This document shows positions 57,442-64,000 of a stretch of 64,000 nucleotides of DNA, piece by piece; the first letter of the stretch is position 1, and every line of letters begins with the position of its first letter. This DNA is from Zygnema circumcarinatum SAG 698-1b (taxonomy: Eukaryota; Plantae; Zygnematophyceae). Both the position numbers and the translations under genes were made by a program. Location of the stretch: contig CM074817.1 of assembly GCA_037447605.1 (NCBI GenBank), positions 682,001-746,000 of the forward strand, in the 5' to 3' direction. The notes under the pieces were generated by a model. It did not search any database, was not told the DNA's origin, and saw nothing but the letters and a program-made list of their open reading frames with translations.

Positions 57442-60400
57442 ATGGCCATGGCTGCCGGCCCCGGCATGGCGGGACCCATGGCGCGCGCCGCGCATGGTCA
57501 GAGCATGGCCGCCATGTCCCGCCCCGCGCACATGCCCATGATGGCCATGCCCATGCGCATGGCCATGGCGCCGTCCGCCTTCTTGCCGTCGCGGTTCTCT
57601 TCAGGGCTGTGCGGCGTCAGGCGGGGACACGTATGGCTGCCACGTGGAGCTGCAAGTGCTGCACGTGTGGCCGTACGAGCGGAGGCGGCGGCGGCGGAGG
57701 TGGTTGTGACGGATATCGGGGACGAGGTTGTCCACGTGGCGGCTGACTTTGGCAGCTGGACGCTGCCACTTGGCAGAGAAGAGGTGAGGACACGTGTGCT
57801 CTTGACGAGTTGATTGGAAAACTTTTAACGACTGAGTTTTAGGGTTATTGCGGTTTGAGCTTAGTTAAGCTGAAAAGCTTTCAACCCTTACACCCAAAAA
57901 TAGTTTCCACAATTGGACCACGTGCCATTAACTTCAAGAAAATTTACCCCAAATGCCGAACCCTTCAAGCTGAAAATGAATTTTAAGAATACCGTACTAC
58001 AAGCTCTTGAAATTGATTTTGAACGCTTAAACCCATAATATTCCGTACTCATTAAACAGTTATTCAAAAGCCTTAATCCAAAAAAGTGAGCAAGTTAAAT
58101 ACGGCTTCAATCGACTCCAATTGAGAAGCATTTCTGTAGTTAGATATTGTCCCAAAGCATTTTAAGAATTCTCCCTTTCTGTCCCTTGGCAGTACGACGC
58201 CATGTACGCGCAGTCCGTGAGCGACCCGGACGCCTTTTGGGGGGCCATGGCGGAGGGCTTCTACTGGCACAAAAAATGGGACGCGCCTTCCGGGAAGCTG
58301 CACAAGTTCAACTTTGACATTCGCGAAGGCCCTGTCCATGTGGAGGTCAGTTGAACGGAACGGCTTGAGGTAATGCTGCATGGAGGAGGAACATGAGGAG
58401 GATCCGTGACAGCCCCCTCCCTCTCCTTCTCCCTTGCCCTATCCCGCTCTCTCTCCCTCTCCCTCCCTCACCCTTTCTCCAATTCTGCTCTCGTCTTCCT
58501 CCCTGCCTCCGCCCACCTCCCCCTCTCCACCTCTCCCTCTCCCTTCCTCCCTCTTCCCCCTCCCCTCCCCCCCTCCCCCCGATACTCTCGTCCCCCCCTC
58601 CTCCCGCCCTTCTCTCTCCCTGCATGCATGCATGCATGCACCTGTCGTTTTATTCCCTCCCTGAGAGATGGTAGATTTCTATGTGGCCCCTTCCCAGTGG
58701 TTCCGAGGCGGCCAAACGAACCTATGCTACAACGCCATAGACCGCCACGTGGCAGCAGGGCGCGGGGAGGCGACAGCTGTCATCTGGGAAGGCAACGAAC
58801 CGGGGCTCGACTACTCCCTCTCCTACAAGGACCTGCTGGAGAGGGTGTGCCAGGTGGGCCGGACTCACACGTGTGGGACAGAGGGAGGGGGAGGGAGGGA
58901 GAGAAGAGGGACACAGGGAGGGAAAGGGACTTGGGATGTGGGACTTTATAGTAGTATAATTATTTATTATTACTTATTGGGTTCTGTTTTGTATTATTTG
59001 TGATTGGCCTCTTGTGAATTGACAGGTGGCGAACTATCTGAGGTCGGTAGGAGTGGAGAAGGGCGACTTTGTCACGATTTACATGCCCATGGTGGCGGAA
59101 CTCCCCATCGCCATGCTGGCATGTGCCCGCATTGGGGCTGTGCATTCGGTGAAATTTCGTTCTTTCTAAGCCCTCCATCTCCCCTCCACCTTTCTTTTGC
59201 TTGAAGGAAAGAAGAGACGTCGGAACTGGATGTGGTCGGAACGATGATGATGATGATGTGATGATGCATCGCCATGATGTATGCATGCCGTGAGGAAAGC
59301 ATTCGACGATTAACTTCATAGCCATTTGATGTGAAGGCAAGTTGATTAAAAGCGTTTTGATGAACTATGTCTGATGCTCGGAGGGGTTCCATGTGCCGGC
59401 AGAGCAGGTGGTATTTGGCGGATTTTCAGCGGAAGCTCTCTCGCAGCGAATCATGGACTGCAGGTATCCCTCCTCAATGAAAACCATAATACAAAAAGTT
59501 AATTGCTTGAAGGGTTTGCGGAATTAGAGTGTTTTTGGCTTTTGGAGCAGGTTCCGATCGTTTAGGGTTTCAGAGTTTTGAGGATTCTGAACTTGCGGAG
59601 GTTTGAAGCTTTCATAAAGCCAATAGTGATGTCGTTGTGGCGATGATAATGATGTTGCGTGGGGGTGTGATGCAGGCCGAAGGTGATGTTGACGTGCAGC
59701 GCGGTGATGCGCGGGTCGAAGAACATCACTCTCAAGGCCATTGTGGACGCCGCCTTGGACCACTGCACCGCCGGGGGCGTCTCTGTCGGTATGCAGAAAA
59801 AAATCTTGCCCTAAAAGTTATCAAATCTTCATCTTGGCAAGAAAAAGAAAAAAAAAAAAAAAAAATCTAATTCTAATTCTTATTTAATTTTTAAATTCGA
59901 ATTTTGGCATATATCGAACCTAAAAAGAAATTCTGAAATCTGGGTTGTTTGTTGAGCTCCACTTACCGATTTTTGCTCTTTTTTTTTTTTATCATCTGTT
60001 TTGGAGCGTTCTTTGAGAGCAGAAACCTGTGTCGTTTACGACAACGCAGTGGCCATCGCACGCGCGGACACGCCGTGGGTGTACGGCCGCGACGTGTGGT
60101 GGCAGGACGTGATTGGCCCACAGCCCAAACATGCTGACGTGGCATGGGTGGATGCGGAGGACCCTCTCTTCCTCCTCTACACTTCGGGAAGCACAGGACG
60201 GCCAAAGGTGTGCCGCTACTCGGAAACCCTAAAAAATTTGAAACCCTAAAAACTTGCAGTTTGTGACTTTGAAAACTCCGAAGCCATTGCTATTGCTGAA
60301 ATGTGTTGTTTCGAATTCACGGCAGGGAAAAGGAAAGGTTACAGTTTTTTTTTGTTTTGTTTTGTTTAGTTTTTTTTTTCTTTAATAAAGTTTGTGGGGG

Positions 60401-63400
60401 GTTCAGGGTGTTCTGCACACCACGGGAGGGTACATGGTGTATACCGCCACAACGTTTAAATACGCATTTGACTACCGACCAGGAGATGTTTATTGGTCAG
60501 TTTCTGCATAGCCCTAAAAGCCTGATAAAATCTTAAAATACTGAAAATTCTTAAAACTCGATATGTTCCAAAAAACCGAAACTCTGGCAGCCCTACAACC
60601 CCTACGAGTCTTGAAAAAGGTGGAATTTTTGAGGAACATGGAACTCGGAATACTGTGAGGGTGGACATTCTAACGGAACTGCCGCACATAGAACCGCAGG
60701 TGCACTGCTGACTGCGGATGGATCACCGGCCATTCCTATGTGGCGTACGGTCCGTTGGTCAACGGAGCTACAGTTCTGTTGTACGAAGGAATTCCAAATT
60801 ATCCAAATTGGGGGCGGACATGGGAAATTGTGGACCGCCATAAAGTTAATATTTTCTATACGGCCCCGACCGCGATTCGGGCTCAAATGCGGGCAGGAAA
60901 CGAGGTTGGAAATGCTTGATTTTGCCAAATGCTAAAAAAGAAAGATTTGCAATCGTGAACCTTGAAATTTTGTCACGAGGAAAGGTGGGGGAGGATAGAA
61001 GAGGGAATGTGGGAGCGGGTCAAAGAAGGGAGGGTGGGAGAGAGAGAGAGCGGGTGAGGGAGGTAGTGCTAAACACTTATATGGAGGTATGATGCAGTTC
61101 GTGCGGCGCTATTCGAGGTCATCTCTCAGAGTGTTGGGAAGTGTGGGGGAACCGATCAACCCCGCAGCATGGAGGTCCGTTGAACTGAAACTGAACTGAG
61201 ACAGCGATCTGGAGGTTGAATAAACGGTCAGAGATTCACATGTGAATGCCTTTTTATGGCCAGGAAGCAAGTGAAGGAATTTTGGAGCTCCCAAGAAAGT
61301 CACTTGTAGAAGCAGTAGTGTCAAAACCCTGACGACGCGAATGCTGAGTGATTCCATGTACCGATTTCTGTTTGCTCAGGTGGTACTATGAGGTTGTAGG
61401 CGATTCACGCTGTCCTATTTCTGACACATGGTGGCAAACTGAGACTGGCGGATTCATGGTATGGTCCCTCATCCTCTCTTATTCCCCGCCCCTCTCTCCT
61501 TCTCCCTCTCTCTCTCTCTCTCACTCTCTCTCTCTCTCTCCCTCTCTCACTGTCCCCTCTCTCTCTTTCTTTCTCTCTCTCTTCGTCTGTCGGCCTTCAC
61601 TCCCCCGAAATTTTGAAAGCCTTCTGAAGCACCATTCGCTCCCAAAACTCCCAAGCCCGAATAGAGAGAGGGATTAACTGGGCGAAGGATATGGGCTCGC
61701 AGTTGACTCCTCTACCGGCGGCATGGGGGCTGAAGCCGGGCTCTGCGACTCTGCCCTTCTTTGGAGTGCAGGTAGGCCTCCCGCCCCCTCCTCTCCCCCA
61801 CTTCTACCTCCCTTCCTCCCCTCCCTCCCAACCCCCCTCCCTCTTCCCCCCCCTCCCTCTCTCCCTTCCCTTCCTCCCCTCCCTCCCTCCTTCCCCTCCC
61901 TCCCCTCCCTCTTTTCCACCCCTCCCCCCCTCCTTCCTCTCTTCCTCCCCTCCCTCCCTCTTGCCCTCCCCTCCCTCCCTTCCCCCTCCCTCCCCTCCCT
62001 CTCTCCCACCCCCCCTAGCCTCCCTTTCTTCCTCCCCTCCCTTCCCCCTCCCTCTCTCCCTCCCCTCTCTCCCTCCCCTCCCTCCTTCCCCTCCCTCGCG
62101 ACCCCTCCCCCCTCCCCTNNNNNNNNNNCCCTCCCTCCCTCTCCCCCCTCCCTCCCTCCCCTCCCTCCCTCCCTGCCCCAACAGGAGGTGCCTTGGGGGG
62201 TTGGGCCTGCAGCCTGCCGTGGTGAGTGCATTGGGCGAGGAGCAGGCGGGGCCCTGCGCGGGCCTCCTCTGCCTCAAGGCCGCGTGGCCCGCCGCCTGCC
62301 GCACGCTGCACGGGGACCACGCGCGATACGAGGCCACGTCGGCACATAAACCCTAAACCCTAACCACGTCAACACTGTATAACTCTTCTTGAAGTCTTTG
62401 TGTCTATGACTGTGAGGGTGAATTTGAGGGTTCGCGAGAGTCCCCAAGCCTTTGTTGTTAGGGTTTTAGGGTTTTGGGCTTACGAGTGCTTCCCTGCTGC
62501 TCCTCTGCAGCTACTTCGCGCCCTTCAAGGGCTACTACTTCAGCGGGGACGGATGCAGAAGGTGACTAGTCTGTTCCACTGCCTTTTTTTTAAGGCCTCT
62601 GAACTTTCATGACCCTTTTTAACCACCCTTGCGACCTTTTACGCAGTTCTGCTGTTGATGCGGTGTTAGGCGAGTACATGTGAAGCAGATTCTATGCTTG
62701 TTAACCCTTCCGTTGAACGGATGCAAAATTTGTAACAGGGACAAGGATGGCTACTATTGGCTGACGGGCCGTGTGGATGACGTCATCAACGTCAGCGGCC
62801 ACCGCATTGGCACCGCCGAGGTGGAATCCGCCCTCGTCGCGCATCCACTTTGCTCCGAGGCCGCGGTCGTGGGGGTGGATCACGAGGTGGGTGGAACCGT
62901 GCTGACGTAAGCGCCATGCATGTCAACGTCATCACTGCTCACCACCTTCTGTCGTTGCTGCTGCTGACGTCATCAACTCGTTGCTATTGCCATCACCATT
63001 GTCGCTGACAGTGTCGTTATTGCTGACATCATCCACAATCCTCGTTCTCGTTTCCAGCGTCATCATCGTTGTTGTTATTCAGAGGAACATGGACTACGAC
63101 TCAACCCCAATGTCTGACAACACTATCAAAACCCTACTTCTTTTTTTTTTTTTGAGGACCTTAGATGAGCCAAGCATTGAAGCAAGAGGGCGGGGGGAGG
63201 GTTCAGATCAAAGGGCAGGGAATCTACGCCTTTGTGACGATTCTGGAAGGGCACGAGTACAGCGACGAGCTCAGACGGAGCCTTGTTCAGACTGTGCGCG
63301 CACAGGTGCGAACGGGCTCCGAAAAAACGTCTTTCTCAGCCTTAGTGTGAACGCCTCAGAGTTAGGCCAATAGGCGACGACTTCTACTTGCAGAAAAATC

Positions 63401-63623
63401 CCTTGGTTTTCTCTCAAATTGCAGTTATCTCTCCTTCTCTCGCTCTCCCTGTCACCCTCCCACATTTGACCACGTCCTTTTCCCTGTTGAAAGAAATAGA
63501 TGTGTTTTTTAGGCCCTAAACATGAGTCGGGTAGTAAAAAAGTGAGGGTAGTTGAGACTACTTATATGTGACTAAGTGGTCCCAAATCGTTCGTTGTTGG
63601 CTGTGCTGCAGATCAGCCCCTTT
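57442..63623 (+). CDS. ACS: Acetyl-CoA synthetase (AMP-forming), organelle (probably plastid) targeted; 3' end lost in the 100-N gap
   Basis: Transit-peptide-like exon 1; [27 protein letters not shown]|[79 protein letters not shown]. The next exon (ATC AGC CCC TTT) runs into the gap at 63624. Confidence 0.96.
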
Positions 63624-63723
63624 NNNNNNNNNNNNNNNNNNNNNNNNNNNNNNNNNNNNNNNNNNNNNNNNNNNNNNNNNNNNNNNNNNNNNNNNNNNNN
63701 NNNNNNNNNNNNNNNNNNNNNNN
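63624..63723. other. 100-N scaffold gap; 10-N gaps also at 1859-1868, 33799-33808, 44491-44500, 62119-62128
   Basis: N runs read directly; the 10-N gaps sit in G/C homopolymer or microsatellite sequence. Confidence 1.
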
Positions 63724-64000
63724 ACCTTTTCCCTATCCTGCCTCCCCTGCACACAATTCCCTCACAAGTCCTAATCCTCTCCTCCTCTCTCCCTCGCTTT
63801 CACCTCGCTCTCTCTCTCTCCCTCCACCCCCCCTCTTCCCCTTCCTCTCTTCTCTCTCTCTCCCCCTCCCTCTCTTTCCCTCTCTCTCTCGCTCTCTCTC
63901 TCTCCTTCCCTCTCTTTCTCCCTCTCTTTCTCTCTCTCGCCCGCCCTTCCTCTCCTACGCGAGTCGTGCCCTCACCCGAGCAGGCAGCCATGGCGGACTC

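Noticed and set aside
63990-64000. GCCATGGCGGACTC as the start of a new gene
   Set aside because: Good Kozak context after a CT-rich leader, but only three codons are visible at the window edge.

Overview
Eukaryotic, intron-rich nuclear DNA. The gene set (plant-type DDA1, RLK/Pelle kinase, LEA, ASR/ABA-WDS, DUF3067, single-chain urease with plant-type UreF/UreD) points to a streptophyte, most plausibly a charophyte/zygnematophyte alga; this is inference. Most long six-frame ORFs are artefacts of (GAGGGA)n/(CT)n microsatellites, so genes were rebuilt by hand from GT-AG exons. Order: hAT-type MITE with 8-bp TSD; DDA1 (its 5' half duplicated across a 10-N gap, probably an assembly artefact); secreted beta-helix-like protein (-); plastid DUF3067 (+); LEA (-) and ASR (+) head-to-head around a G-box/ABRE cluster; GH26-TM-ankyrin gene (+) followed 250 bp later by, and possibly spliced to, a bacterial BcsA-like GT2 synthase (+); hevein/extensin receptor-like kinase (-); an operon-like same-strand urease-UreF-UreD cluster with 184 and 148 bp spacers; acetyl-CoA synthetase (+, cut by a gap). 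Best leads: (1) the possibly polycistronic urease cluster, with a GTAC (CuRE-like) array upstream; (2) the possible GH26-ankyrin-GT2 hydrolase/synthase fusion; (3) the bidirectional LEA/ASR ABRE module.
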